Positions 22,734-35,937 of a DNA stretch of 64,000 bases are shown piece by piece; position 1 is the first letter of the stretch; each line of letters starts with the position of its first letter. The stretch comes from an uncultured Actinomycetota bacterium. Its GTDB lineage: Bacteria > Actinomycetota > Actinomycetes > JAHEKZ01. Where the stretch lies: NCBI GenBank assembly GCA_963743915.1, contig CAVURN010000003.1:480001-544000 (forward strand), read 5' to 3'. The notes under the pieces were generated by a model that made no database searches, was not told where the DNA came from, and saw nothing but the letters and a program-made list of their open reading frames with translations. The translations under genes were made by a program, and so were the position numbers.

Positions 22734-22898
22734 GCGTTCCTGGGCTCATCTGATCTCGGCGCGACTGGGAGGCCAGGTCTGTTCGATGAGATCCTCGCCC
22801 CGCGGCTTCATGTCCGCCATCATGACGGATCGGGCTGCACCGGGCTAGACGTTGCGGGCGATGCCGATGATGCTGTACCCGCCCCGTACCCTGGACGC

Positions 22899-23867
22899 AT
22901 GACATGGATGGTCACCGGCGGTGCCGGCTACATCGGGGCGCACATCGTCAAGTCGTTGCAGGAGTCCGGGTACGGCGTGGTCGCCTTTGACGACCTGTCC
23001 ACCGGTGAGGCCCGCAAGATCCCCGCAGACGTGCCGCTCGTCGAAGCGTCCGTGCTGGACGCGGCTGCCGTCGAGAAGGCGCTCCGCGAGCACGAGGTCA
23101 CCGGCGTCGTGCACATGGCCGCCAAGAAGGCGGTGGGTGAGTCCGTCGAGCGACCGCTGTACTACTACCGCGAGAACGTCGACGGTCTGCTCAGCCTGCT
23201 CGAGGCCATGGACACGGCGGGCGTCAAGAAGATGGTCTACAGCTCGTCAGCCGCCACCTTCGGCATGCCCGACAGCGACGATCCGCTCACCGAGGACTAC
23301 CTCTGCCGCCCGATCAACCCGTACGGCGAGACCAAGCTGATCGGCGAGTGGCTGATGCGCGACGTCGCGGCCTCGCTCGGTCTGGACTGGGTGTCGTTGC
23401 GCTACTTCAACGTCGCAGGCGCGGGCGCCCCCGAGCTCGGTGACACCGGTGTCTTCAACCTGATCCCGATGGTGTTCCGTGCGCTGTCCACCGGCAAGAA
23501 CCCGCAGGTCTTCGGCTCCGACTACCCGACGCCCGACGGTTCCTGCATCCGCGACTACATCCACGTCACCGACCTCGCCGACGCCCATGTCGCGTCGGTC
23601 AAGCGCCTCGAGCAGGGGCCGGCGGCGGAGGTCTACAACGTCGGACGCGGCGAGGGCGTCTCGGTGATCGAGGTGATGGACGCCGTGCGTGCGGCCACCG
23701 GTATCGACTTCACCCACGACCTGGTCGACCGCAGGCCGGGCGACCCGGCGCGCCTCGTGGCGTCCGCCGACCGGATCCGCAGCGATCTCGGCTGGACGGC
23801 ACGGTACGACCTGCCGGCGATGGTGAGCAGCGCCTGGGAGGCATGGCAGGCCCACCCGCCCGCCTGA
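22899..23867 (+). CDS. galE: UDP-glucose 4-epimerase
   Basis: TGGAGYIG, SSSAA, NPYGETK, LRYFNVAGA, DGSCIRDYIHV. Confidence 0.93.
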   Translation: MTWMVTGGAGYIGAHIVKSLQESGYGVVAFDDLSTGEARKIPADVPLVEASVLDAAAVEKALREHEVTGVVHMAAKKAVGESVERPLYYYRENVDGLLSLLEAMDTAGVKKMVYSSSAATFGMPDSDDPLTEDYLCRPINPYGETKLIGEWLMRDVAASLGLDWVSLRYFNVAGAGAPELGDTGVFNLIPMVFRALSTGKNPQVFGSDYPTPDGSCIRDYIHVTDLADAHVASVKRLEQGPAAEVYNVGRGEGVSVIEVMDAVRAATGIDFTHDLVDRRPGDPARLVASADRIRSDLGWTARYDLPAMVSSAWEAWQAHPPA

Positions 23868-23886
23868 TTCGCTGCCGGCGTGCGGC

Positions 23887-24531
23887 TCAGCGACGCTGCA
23901 GCATGAAGTGCACGGCGGCCGATGAGCTGGTCACCAGGTCGATGGTGAATGCGTCCTCCAGCTCGGTGAGGTCTTCGAAGAGCCGCTCGCCGCGTCCGAG
24001 CAGCACGGGGGCGACAGCGAGGTGCATCTCGTCGACGAGTCCGGCCTGTAGGTACTGGCGCACGGTGGATGCGCCACCGCCGATCCGGACCGCCTGCCCG
24101 CCGGACGCCGAAACCGCCCGTTCGAGTGCCGCCTCGGTTCCGTCGGTGACGAAGTGAAAGGTGGTGCCACCCTGCATCTCGAGCGACTCCCGTGGGTGAT
24201 GCGTGAGGACGAACACGGGGTGATGGTAGGGCGGCTCCTCACCCCACCAGCCGGTCCAGCTCTCGTCACCCCAGTCACCGCGGATGGGTCCGAACATGTT
24301 CCGCCCGATGATGTGCGCCCCGACTCCGTCGACGCCGCGCGCGACCAGATCGTCCTCCGGCCCGGTCACGCCGCCCTCCATGCCGTGCACCTGGCGGAAC
24401 GTGCGGGTGGCGAAGACCCAGTCGTGGAGGCGTTCGCCGCCGATGCCCAGCGGATGCTCCTCGCACTGGCACGGCCCAGCGGCGAAGCCGTCCAGGGACA
24501 CCGAGAGACTGTTGACCAGGACCTTGGACAT
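23887..24531 (-). CDS. Dihydrofolate reductase family / RibD C-terminal domain protein
   Basis: SVSLDGF, GRNMF, IGGGAS, APVLLGRGERLF. Confidence 0.88.
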   Translation of the reverse strand: MSKVLVNSLSVSLDGFAAGPCQCEEHPLGIGGERLHDWVFATRTFRQVHGMEGGVTGPEDDLVARGVDGVGAHIIGRNMFGPIRGDWGDESWTGWWGEEPPYHHPVFVLTHHPRESLEMQGGTTFHFVTDGTEAALERAVSASGGQAVRIGGGASTVRQYLQAGLVDEMHLAVAPVLLGRGERLFEDLTELEDAFTIDLVTSSSAAVHFMLQRR

Positions 24532-24564
24532 GAGCGCTCCTTCGCAGCGAACCGTCCCCCCTTT

Positions 24565-24622
24565 CTACGCCAGACCGCCACGATGCCCCGTCCTGCGGCG
24601 TGACCGCGGCGGTCTGGCGTAG
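24565..24622. repeat. 58-bp palindromic repeat family 1, copy E
   Basis: CTACGCCAGACCGCCACGATGCCCCGTCCTGCGGCGTGACCGCGGCGGTCTGGCGTAG flanked by TTT/AAA, between divergent genes. Confidence 0.92.
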
Positions 24623-24711
24623 AAATCGAGGGGGTCTGCCGGGTTCGGACGCCGCCCGTCCCGCCGATAGACTGAGGGCCTCATCCCGCCCCCGAGCAGC
24701 CGGAGAAGCCC

Positions 24712-24951
24712 GTGGCTCGCGTCGTCGTCGACGTCATGCTCAAGCCGGAGATCCTCGACCCGCAAGGTCAGGCTGTCCTGGGGGCGCTCAGCCGCCTCGG
24801 GCACTCCGACATCGCCAGCGTCCGTCAGGGAAAGCGCTTCGAGCTCGAGCTCACCGCTGCCCCCGACGCCGCCACTCTCGACGAGATCGCCAGCACCCTG
24901 CTGGCGAACACGGTCATCGAGGACTACGCGATCCACGTCGAGGAGTCCTGA
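24712..24951 (+). CDS. purS: FGAM synthase subunit PurS
   Basis: [34 protein letters not shown]. Confidence 0.96.
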   Translation: MARVVVDVMLKPEILDPQGQAVLGALSRLGHSDIASVRQGKRFELELTAAPDAATLDEIASTLLANTVIEDYAIHVEES

Positions 24952-25624
24952 TGACGGCCCGGATCGGCGTCGTCACGTTCCCGGGCTCCCTCGACGACCA
25001 GGACGCGGCACGTGCGGTGCGCATCGCCGGCGCCGAGTCGGTCTCCCTCTGGCACGGGGACGCCGACCTCAGGGGCGTCGACGCCGTCATCCTGCCCGGC
25101 GGATTCTCCTACGGCGACTACCTGCGCTGCGGTGCGATCGCCCGGTTCGCCCCGGTGATGCAGAACGTCATCGACGCCGCGCGCGGCGGGCTCCCGGTGC
25201 TCGGCATCTGCAACGGATTCCAGGTGCTGTGCGAGTCGCACCTGCTGCCCGGTGCACTGATCCGCAACGACGTCCGCAAGTTCGTCTGCCGTGACCAGTG
25301 GCTGCGCGTCGAGAACGCGAACACCTCGTGGACGTCGGAGTACGACGAGGGTCAGGAGATCCTGGTACCCCTCAAGAACGGTGAGGGAGGTTTCGTCGCC
25401 GACCAGCGCACCCTCGACGAGCTCGAGGGAGAGGGTCGCGTCGTGTTCCGCTACCTGCACGACAATCCCAACGGCTCCTACCGGGACATCGCCGGCATCA
25501 CCAACGACCGCGGCAACGTGGTCGGCCTGATGCCACATCCGGAGCACGCTGTCGAGAGTCTGACCGGCCCGTCCCTGGACGGTCTCGGCTTCTTCGCCTC
25601 CGTCATCAACCAGCTGGTGGACGC

Positions 25625-25628
<4 letters not shown>
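24951..25628 (+). CDS. purQ: FGAM synthase glutaminase subunit PurQ
   Basis: [32 protein letters not shown]. Confidence 0.96.
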
Positions 25629-27898
<2,270 letters not shown>

Positions 27899-27899
<1 letters not shown>

Positions 27900-28660
27900 T
27901 GGCGGGCATCGACGCCGCCAAGGTGGCTGCGGCCTACCTCGACCAGTGGGCGTCGACGCGTGAGTGGTGCGACACGGTCGACGACTGGTCGGCACCAAGT
28001 GCCGTGGACGGCTGGTCTGTGCGGGACCTCGTCGCACATCTCGGGCTGGTCGCCGACTCCATCAGGGCGGCGGCGGACGTCATCAGCGACGAACCGCCGC
28101 TGCGACTCGGCGACTACCTCGCGACGTATGTCGAAGGTGCGGCGTCCATCGACGAGCGTACGAGAGCCGAGGGCGCGCGTGAGGGCGTCCTGTTCACGGT
28201 GGACGCGACCGCCGTGCAGGCCGAGGCTGCCATCGCCGGCGTCCAGGGAAACCCGGTCGTGGCTGCGCGCCGTGGACCCATTCGATGGGTCGACTTCCTG
28301 CGGACGCGGTGCATCGAGCTGACCGTGCACACCGACGACCTCGCGCGGTCGGTCGTCGGCGAGGGGCCGCCCCAGTCGCGACCGTGCCTGCAGGTGTCGA
28401 CGCGTGCACTCGCCGATGTCCTCGGCTGGCGGGCCCGCGGCAACAGCGTCGAGGTGCGGGTGCCGCCGTTCGCCGCCGTGCAGTGCGTCCCTGGACCGCG
28501 ACACACCCGAGGGACGCCACCCGCTGTCGTCGAGATGGACCCGCTGACGTTCTGTCGGCTGGCGGCGGGCCGGATGAGCTGGGACGTCGCCGCGGCGTCC
28601 GGCGCCCTGACGACCTCAGGGCTGCGCACCGATCTGACGCCCTACCTCCCCCTCCTCTGA
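27899..28660 (+). CDS. MDMPI-like (mycothiol-dependent maleylpyruvate isomerase N-terminal) plus sterol-carrier-like domain protein
   Basis: GWSVRDLVAHL, ELTVHTDDL, VEVRVPPFAAVQCVPGPRHTRGTPP. Confidence 0.78.
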
Positions 28661-28742
28661 GAACGACGCATTCACCCGCTCGGGTGGATCAGGATCCACG
28701 TTCATCCCGTGGACGAAGCCCCGCACGTGCCACGCTGCTCGC

Positions 28743-29394
28743 ATGACGTCGGGCACGGCAGCCTCGGCAACACCTGGGCACGTCGGTGGGGCAGCGTGCT
28801 CGACCGGTGATATCGATCATCGGGACGATCCTGGCGGTCGCTGCTCGGTCTTCCTCCTGGCGGCGCACGGCCTCGCTCGCCGAGACTCGGGGGTGAGGAG
28901 TCGACCGGGTGGTACTGGCTGGTCGCGCTCGGGATTCGCGGCGGCTGGGATGCGGCGGGGCTGGTCCTCACCGTCGAGGGTGCCCTCAGTTGCCGTACCT
29001 GCCTACGGCTGGTGGCACTGTTGCCGATGCTCGCCGTTGGGGTTGCGTCAGTCCGTGGCTGCATGGCTCCCGCTGTGGTCGTGGCGGCGGCGGACGTGTC
29101 GCTGATGATGAGTCACTGGGCATGGTCGCGCCGGGTGCGGCTTCGTGCGCTGGCGGCGTCGCGATGGCCGCGCTGTCCTGGCGATCGTCATCATGCCGCT
29201 GGACAAGGAGCTCAGCTGCGAGAACCCCGGCGACCCGCCTGAGACGTGCGACGTCACGTACGCGAACGTGCTGGGGTGGGGCTACTACGAGGAGCGACGA
29301 CCGCGACCTGGTCGGCTGGATCCTGGTGGCGCTGCTCGGAGGTCTGCTCGTGGCACTGCCGGTAGCGCGGGACGAGGAGGACGCGCTGGTCTGA
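28743..29394 (+). CDS. Hypothetical membrane protein (heavily frameshifted)
   Basis: Hydrophobic segments spread over several overlapping frames ending LVGWILVALLGGLLVALPVARDEEDALV. Confidence 0.35.
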
Positions 29395-29599
29395 GCGATG
29401 GGGACGGCGATCCCTGCAATCAACGGGAGCGGTGTCACAGGGCACCCGAGGGGGCACCCAAAGAGGGGGTACGGGGAGTAGCCCACCTGTGGCTCACCGT
29501 GACGGAGTGATAACAATTCGTGGTCGAAGTGTCTGGCCGCGTGCTCCCCCTCGCGCAGGGCAATAGTGTGCGACCACCCTTCGTTGGAGATCGATAACC

Positions 29600-30678
29600 A
29601 TGCCGGAAACCACCGAGGTTTCCCGCGGCTCTGAGACGCCCGCGGCCACTGCCGCCGTCACGCTTCGCGGCCTGCACAAGGCGTTCGGTGACGTCATCGC
29701 CGTGGACGGCGTCGACCTCGACATCTACGACGGCGAGTTCCTCACCCTGCTCGGCCCCTCGGGTTCCGGCAAGACCACGGTGCTGCGGATGATCGCCGGC
29801 TTCGAGCTGCCGACGGCCGGCACCATCGAGCTCTCCGGTGCCGACGTCACCAGCCGCGCACCCTTCGAGCGGGACGTCAACACCGTGTTCCAGGACTACG
29901 CGCTGTTCCCGCACATGTCGGTGCTGCAGAACGTCGAGTACGGCCTGCGGGTCAAGAAGGTGGCCAAGGACGACCGACGCCGTCGCGCGCTCGAGGCCCT
30001 CGCCAGCGTGCAGCTCGCCGGCTTCGAGGACCGCAAGCCGGCTCAGATGTCCGGCGGCCAGCGGCAGCGGGTCGCGCTGGCCCGGGCACTGGTCAACCGC
30101 CCCCGCGTGCTGCTGCTCGACGAGCCGCTCGGTGCCCTCGACCTCAAGCTGCGCGAGCAGATGCAGGTCGAGCTGAAGCAGCTGCAGCGCCAGGTCGGCA
30201 TCACCTTCGTCTTCGTCACGCACGACCAGGAAGAGGCGCTGACGATGTCGGACCGCATCGCGGTCTTCAACTCCGGGCGCATCGAGCAGGTGGGTACCCC
30301 AGCCGAGGTCTACGAGCGCCCGGCGACGCCGTTCGTCGCGGGGTTCGTCGGCACCTCGAACCTGCTGCAGGGGGCCGCCGCCGAGCAGGTCCTCGGCAAC
30401 GCGGGCACCTGTCAGCGTGCGTCCCGAGAAGATCCGGATCGCCAGCGCACTGGAGCGCGCTGGTGAAGGTGAGCACTCGGCGGCCGGCGACGTGCGTGAG
30501 GTCGTCTACGTCGGCGCGGCGACGCGGTTCGTCGTCGACCTGGAGGTCGGTGGGCTACCTCGTCGCGCTGCAGCAGAACTTGCAGACCTCCTCGATGGAG
30601 GTCATGGGGATGCGAGGGCGACACGTTCGTCTCGTGTGGTCGCGAGATCATGAGTTTCGCGTGGCCGACGCCACGTGA
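29600..30678 (+). CDS. potA: Polyamine-type ABC transporter ATPase (frameshifts near the 3' end)
   Basis: [41 protein letters not shown]; TOBE-like tail in shifted frames. Confidence 0.85.
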
Positions 30679-30703
30679 TCACCAGGATGATTGGGAGGCT
30701 GGG

Positions 30704-31906
30704 ATGCAGCGGAACCGTCTGCTGAGAACTGTCGCCATGCTCGGTGTCGCGGGGCTGCTGGTGGCAGCGTGCGGCGACGACTCGGGCGGGGACGGGACGG
30801 ACACGAGCGGGTCGAATGTGCCTGACGTTCCGATGGCGTCAGAGCTGGGTGAGGGTGAGGGTCAGATCAACATCCTCGCGTGGCCCGGATACGCCGAGGA
30901 CGGCACAACCTACAAGAAGGTCGACTGGGTGACGCCGTTCGAGGAAGCCACTGGATGCCAGGCCAACGTCCAGGTCGCGAACACGTCCGACGAGATGTTC
31001 GAGAAGATGGGGACGGGCCAGTTCGACGTGGTTTCGGCCTCGGGAGACTCGTCGCTCCGCATGATCTACGCCGGCAAGGTGGCGCCGGTGAACACCGAGC
31101 TGCTCACGAACTACGCCGACATCGCCGACTTCCAGAAGGACCAGGCGTGGAACTCGGTCGACGGGCAGATGTACGGGATTCCCCACGGCTGGGGGGCCAA
31201 CATGCTGCAGTGGCGCACCGACAAGGTGAAGCCGGCGCCTGACTCGTGGAGCGTGGTGTGGGAGGCCAACTCGCCCTACAAGGGCAAGATCGGGGCGTAC
31301 GACTCCCCGACCTACATCGCGGATGCGGCGGTGTACCTCATGGCGACCGAGCCTGACCTCGGGATCACCAACCCGTACGCGCTGGACCAGGAGCAGTTCG
31401 ACGCCGCGATCGCACTGCTGGAGCAGCAGAAGCCGAACCTCGGTGGCTACTGGGCCAGCTACGTCGACAACCAGCAGAACTTCGAGAGCGGCACGTGGGT
31501 GCTCGGTACCTCGTGGCAGATCATCACCAACCTCGCTCAGGCGAATGGCGCCCCGGTCGACGCCGTCCTTCCGACCGAAGGGTCGACCGGCTGGGCGGAC
31601 ACCTGGATGATCGACTCGGAGTCTCCCAACCCCAACTGCGCCTACGAGTGGCTGAACTGGATCACGAACCCCGACATCCAGGCTCAGGTCGCTGAGTGGT
31701 TCGGTGAGGCTCCTGCCAACCTCGCGGCGTGCGACGAGACGGCAGTCAAGAACCACTGCGACGTGTTCCACGCTGCCGACGAGGCGTACTTCGACCAGAT
31801 CTGGTTCTGGACGACGCCTCAGACCGACTGCCTCGACGGACGTGGCGACGAGTGCCTGGGGTATGCCGACTGGGTACAGGGCTGGAACTCGCTGAAGAAC
31901 AGCTGA
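30704..31906 (+). CDS. Polyamine ABC transporter substrate-binding lipoprotein (PotD/PotF-like)
   Basis: Lipobox LVAAC, AWPGYAE, EGSTGWADTW. Confidence 0.85.
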   Translation: MQRNRLLRTVAMLGVAGLLVAACGDDSGGDGTDTSGSNVPDVPMASELGEGEGQINILAWPGYAEDGTTYKKVDWVTPFEEATGCQANVQVANTSDEMFEKMGTGQFDVVSASGDSSLRMIYAGKVAPVNTELLTNYADIADFQKDQAWNSVDGQMYGIPHGWGANMLQWRTDKVKPAPDSWSVVWEANSPYKGKIGAYDSPTYIADAAVYLMATEPDLGITNPYALDQEQFDAAIALLEQQKPNLGGYWASYVDNQQNFESGTWVLGTSWQIITNLAQANGAPVDAVLPTEGSTGWADTWMIDSESPNPNCAYEWLNWITNPDIQAQVAEWFGEAPANLAACDETAVKNHCDVFHAADEAYFDQIWFWTTPQTDCLDGRGDECLGYADWVQGWNSLKNS

Positions 31907-31911
31907 TCGCT

Positions 31912-31956
31912 GCTGTCGATGGGGTGGGCGGACAACCCGCCCACCCCATCGACAGC
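31912..31956. terminator. Perfect 20-bp stem-loop after the substrate-binding gene (mRNA stabiliser or terminator)
   Basis: GCTGTCGATGGGGTGGGCGG-acaac-CCGCCCACCCCATCGACAGC. Confidence 0.7.
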
Positions 31957-31985
31957 GCAGCCCACGCAGGAGAGGGGACCAGACG

Positions 31986-32885
31986 GTGACGGCGACGACA
32001 GCGCAGGGGGCCGCCGTTCATGCGCGCGCCAACCCGCTGTCCGTCTGGCTGTACCGCCGACCCAAGGCACGGTTGCTGGCCCTGCTCGCGGCTCCCGTCG
32101 TCTGGCTGACACTGGCCTACTTTGCAGCGCTCTTTTTGCTGCTGATGACGTCGTTCTACACCGTTGACGACTTCACGAGCGAACCCGTCCGGGCGTTCAG
32201 TCTCGAGAACTACCAGGACATCTTCTCCAACTCGGCCTACCTCAAGGTCATCGGCCGCACCGTCGGAATTGCCGCCGGGGTCACCGCGCTCGCTGTCATC
32301 TTCGGTGTTCCCATGGCGTTCTTCATCGCCAAGGTCGTGCCTCGCCGGTGGCGCGGGCTGCTGGTCGCCCTCGTGGTGACGCCGCTGTGGGCTTCCTACC
32401 TGGTCAAGGTCTACGCATGGAAGACCATGCTCCAGCCCGAGACCGGCGTCGTGGCCTGGATGCTCGACCCGTTCGGGCTGTCCGGTCCTGGGTACGGTGT
32501 GGTCGCGGTGATCATCACGCTGACATATCTGTGGCTGCCGTACATGATCCTGCCGGTCTATGCCGGCCTGGAACGTCTCCCCGACTCGATGCTCGATGCC
32601 TCTGCCGATCTCGGCGGCCGGGCCGGCCGCACCCTTCGCTCGGTGGTGCTTCCGCTCGCCTACCCGTCGATCGTGGCCGGGTCTGTCTTCACCTTCTCGC
32701 TGAGTCTCGGCGACTACATCACCGTGCAGATCGTGGGCAGCAAGACGCAGATGCTGGGGAGTGTCGTCTACAACAGCTACACCACGGACCTGCCCTTTGC
32801 CGCGGCCATGGCCACCGTACCGATCGTGATCATGGTCGTGTACCTGGCTGTGGTCCGTCGCACCGGTGCCTTGGACAGCCTGTGA
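31986..32885 (+). CDS. Polyamine ABC transporter permease (PotB-like)
   Basis: PLWASYLVKVYAW, EAA-like loop DASADLG, TM helices. Confidence 0.85.
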   Translation: MTATTAQGAAVHARANPLSVWLYRRPKARLLALLAAPVVWLTLAYFAALFLLLMTSFYTVDDFTSEPVRAFSLENYQDIFSNSAYLKVIGRTVGIAAGVTALAVIFGVPMAFFIAKVVPRRWRGLLVALVVTPLWASYLVKVYAWKTMLQPETGVVAWMLDPFGLSGPGYGVVAVIITLTYLWLPYMILPVYAGLERLPDSMLDASADLGGRAGRTLRSVVLPLAYPSIVAGSVFTFSLSLGDYITVQIVGSKTQMLGSVVYNSYTTDLPFAAAMATVPIVIMVVYLAVVRRTGALDSL

Positions 32886-32895
32886 GCGTGCGCAC

Positions 32896-33723
32896 ATGAC
32901 TCTCTCGCGTCCGGCCAAGTGGGCCTTCGGGGTGATGGCTGCGATATGTCTGGCCTTCATCTACGTGCCGCTGGTCGTGGTCGTCATCAACTCCTTCAAT
33001 GCGTCCCGGGTGTTCGCGTGGCCCCCCCAGAGCTACACGACTGACTGGTGGCACGCTGCACTCACCAACCCGGGGGCTCGCGAGGCGGCTCTGACGTCGG
33101 TGCTCGTCGGCATCGCCGCGACGTTGTTCGCGCTCGTCCTCGGCACTCTGATCGCGTTCGCGTTGGGTCGATACTCCTTCTTCGGTCGCCATACGATCTC
33201 CTTGCTGATCGTGCTTCCCCTGGCGCTTCCGGGAATCGTGACTGCACTCGCCTTGCGCACCGCGTTCAAGCCATGGCTCGGGACGTCGTGGGAGTGGCTC
33301 GGTGTCGCGATCGGCCCGACAGTGGTCGCGGCTCATGCGACTTTCTGCATCGTCGTCGTCTACAACAACGTGATCGCACGGCTGCGACGTATGGGGACGA
33401 ACCCGGAAGAGGCATCGATGGATCTGGGCGCGGGTGTGTTCACCACCTTCCGCCTCGTGACCTTCCCCCTGATCCGTCCTGCACTCGTCGCTGGTGCCGT
33501 CCTGGCCTTCGGGCTGTCCTTCGATGAGATCGTGGTGACGCTGTTCACCGCTCCGGCCGATGTCACCACCCTGCCCATCTGGATCTTCCAGAGCCTGTTC
33601 CGACCCAACCAGGGACCGATCGTGAACGCGGTGGCAGCCATTCTGGTGCTGCTGTCCATCATCCCGGTCTACCTGAGCCAGCGCCTGTCCGGTGATCCGG
33701 GGCACGCCGGCGGACGGATGTAG
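32896..33723 (+). CDS. Polyamine ABC transporter permease (PotC-like)
   Basis: EEASMDLGA, LSFDEIVVT, TLPIWIF. Confidence 0.85.
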   Translation: MTLSRPAKWAFGVMAAICLAFIYVPLVVVVINSFNASRVFAWPPQSYTTDWWHAALTNPGAREAALTSVLVGIAATLFALVLGTLIAFALGRYSFFGRHTISLLIVLPLALPGIVTALALRTAFKPWLGTSWEWLGVAIGPTVVAAHATFCIVVVYNNVIARLRRMGTNPEEASMDLGAGVFTTFRLVTFPLIRPALVAGAVLAFGLSFDEIVVTLFTAPADVTTLPIWIFQSLFRPNQGPIVNAVAAILVLLSIIPVYLSQRLSGDPGHAGGRM

Positions 33724-33731
33724 CGGACTGC

Positions 33732-34985
33732 ATGACGGACCTGACCCGCGCATGGGCTGAGCAGCAGGACGCCGCTGACGAGCTCGCCTCCTTTCGCCAC
33801 CGCTTCCACCGCGCGGACCCCAACCTGCTGTACCTCGACGGCAACAGTCTCGGCATGCTGCCTCTGGCCACACGGGAGCGGTTGAGTCGCTTCGTCGAAG
33901 ACGAGTGGGGGCGTGACCTGGTGCGCGGGTGGCCGCGGTGGGACCCGCTGCCACTCGAGGTGGGCGACACGGTCGGTGAGCTGATCGGCGCAGCCGCAGG
34001 GCAGGTGGTGGTGTGCGACTCGATCTCGGTGAACCTGTACAAGCTCGCCGTCGCGGCGTTGGAGGCGCAGCCGGGACGCAAGGTGCTGGTCACGGACGCG
34101 CGCAACTTCCCGTCCGACCGATACGTCCTGCAAGGCGCCGCCGAGCGACGCAAGGGCCAGCTTCGCCAGGTGCCGGTCGACCCCGTCGCGGGGATCACGA
34201 GCGATGCGCTGCACACCTACCTCGCCGACGACGTCGCCATGGTCGCGTTCTCCCACGTCGACTACCGGTCGTCCACGATCGCGCAGGTGGCCGAGCTGAC
34301 CGAGCAGGCGCACCGTGCCGGCGCCCTCGTGCTCTGGGACCTCGCCCACTCGGTCGGCGCCGTGCCGATCGAGCTGGACGCCCTGGGCGTCGACCTGGCC
34401 GTCGGCTGCACGTACAAGTACCTCAACGCCGGCCCCGGCTCACCGGCGTTCCTCTACGTGCGCCGCGACCTGCAGCCGCGCCTGCACAACCCGATCCAGG
34501 GCTGGTGGAGCGTCGCCGACCCGTTCGACATGGATGCCCCTTACACACCCGCCGACGGCATCGCCCGCTGGCAGACCGGAACACCGCCGATCCCGGGCGT
34601 GATCGCCGTCCAGGAGGGCGCCGCCCTGCTCGCCGACGCGGGCATCGGACGCCTGCGCGCCAAGTCGGTCGCTCTCACCGAGTACCTGATCGCGCTCGCG
34701 GACGCCTGGCTCGCGCCGCTCGGCTTCACGGTCGTCTCCACGCGGGACGCGGAGCGACGCGGCGGACACGTGATCCTCGCCCACGACGACGCCTACCGGA
34801 TCGGGCAGGCGTGCTCCGCCGCGGGCGTGGTCGGTGACACGCGACCGCCGAACCTGTTCCGCCTGGCGCCGGCGCCGGTGTCGACCTCGTTCGCCGACGT
34901 GTGGGAGGCGATGGGTCGCATCCGCGACCTCGTGGCGTCCGGGGCCCACCTCGCGCTGCCGACCGAGCGCCCACGCGTCACGTGA
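33732..34985 (+). CDS. kynU: Kynureninase
   Basis: YLDGNSLG, NFPSDRY, WDLAHSVG, GCTYKYLNAGPG. Confidence 0.92.
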   Translation: MTDLTRAWAEQQDAADELASFRHRFHRADPNLLYLDGNSLGMLPLATRERLSRFVEDEWGRDLVRGWPRWDPLPLEVGDTVGELIGAAAGQVVVCDSISVNLYKLAVAALEAQPGRKVLVTDARNFPSDRYVLQGAAERRKGQLRQVPVDPVAGITSDALHTYLADDVAMVAFSHVDYRSSTIAQVAELTEQAHRAGALVLWDLAHSVGAVPIELDALGVDLAVGCTYKYLNAGPGSPAFLYVRRDLQPRLHNPIQGWWSVADPFDMDAPYTPADGIARWQTGTPPIPGVIAVQEGAALLADAGIGRLRAKSVALTEYLIALADAWLAPLGFTVVSTRDAERRGGHVILAHDDAYRIGQACSAAGVVGDTRPPNLFRLAPAPVSTSFADVWEAMGRIRDLVASGAHLALPTERPRVT

Positions 34986-34993
34986 GGGCTGCC

Positions 34994-35783
34994 ATGGTCA
35001 CGTCCGAGGACCGCTCCATCCTCACCCCCGGTGCCCTCGCGCCCGATGTCGTCGTGAGCTATGGCGACCACGAGGACCAGGTCGCCGAGGTCTGGCCCGT
35101 CGACGCCGAGCTCACCCCTGGTCGTCGTGCTGCACGGAGGGTTCTGGCAGCAGTCGTACGACCGCGCCCACTGCCGACCGCTCGCCGCGGCACTCGCCCA
35201 GCAGGGTGCGACCGTGATGCTGCTCGAGTACCGCAGGGTCGGGGGCGCAGGCGGATGGCCGCACACCTTCGACGACGTGCGGGTCGGCCTGCGGCGTCTG
35301 GTGCAGCACCACCCGCAGGCATCCCGGCGCGTGGTGGTCGGCCACAGCGCCGGGGGGCATCTGGCGCTCTGGGTGGCGGCGACCGAGCCAACGCCGGTGG
35401 TGGACGCCGTCGTCGCGCTGGCGCCGGTCGCCGACCTCGGTGCGATGGCGGCGCACTTCGGGTCGGGGGAGAACCCGGTGCGTCGACCTGCTCGGCGGCG
35501 ACCCGGACGCGCGGCCGGACCGCTACGACCTGGCCGACCCCGTACGCCTGCCGTCGCCGCGCGCGGAGGTGCAGCTGGTGCACGGCCGTGCGCGACACGC
35601 TGGTGCCGGTGGAGCAGAGCCGCCGCTACCTCCAGGCACATCCCACGGTCAGCGCTCACCGAGCTCGACTGCGCGCACTTCGAGCTGATCGACCCGCGCA
35701 GCACCGCTTTCGCCACGGTGCGAGCGGCCGTGGACGAGGCGACGGACGCCGGCGCGGCCGGCGTCCGCACCCGCCCCTGGTGA
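34994..35783 (+). CDS. Alpha/beta hydrolase, possibly kynurenine formamidase-like (frameshifted)
   Basis: YGDHEDQ, HGGFW, EYRRVG, GHSAGG, HFELIDP across frames; adjacent to kynU. Confidence 0.72.
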
Positions 35784-35799
35784 GCGCGGCGCCGCCCCC

Positions 35800-35879
35800 G
35801 CCGGTGATCGGAGCGTTTCAGTCACTTCAGGGCCGTCGACGGCAGCCGAGAAACTGACGAGGATGCTCCGATCACCGGC
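35800..35879. repeat. Palindromic repeat family 2, copy G
   Basis: 15-bp perfect IR GCCGGTGATCGGAGC...GCTCCGATCACCGGC; homologous to 49712-49781 in inverted orientation. Confidence 0.82.
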
Positions 35880-35937
35880 AGGTGGCGCGCGCCGTGTGAC
35901 TTTGGGGCTCCGGTGGACGACCCCCTAGACTGGGTGG

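Noticed and set aside
24623-24711. ZTP (pfl) riboswitch upstream of purS or purF
   Set aside because: No recognisable pfl consensus in either leader
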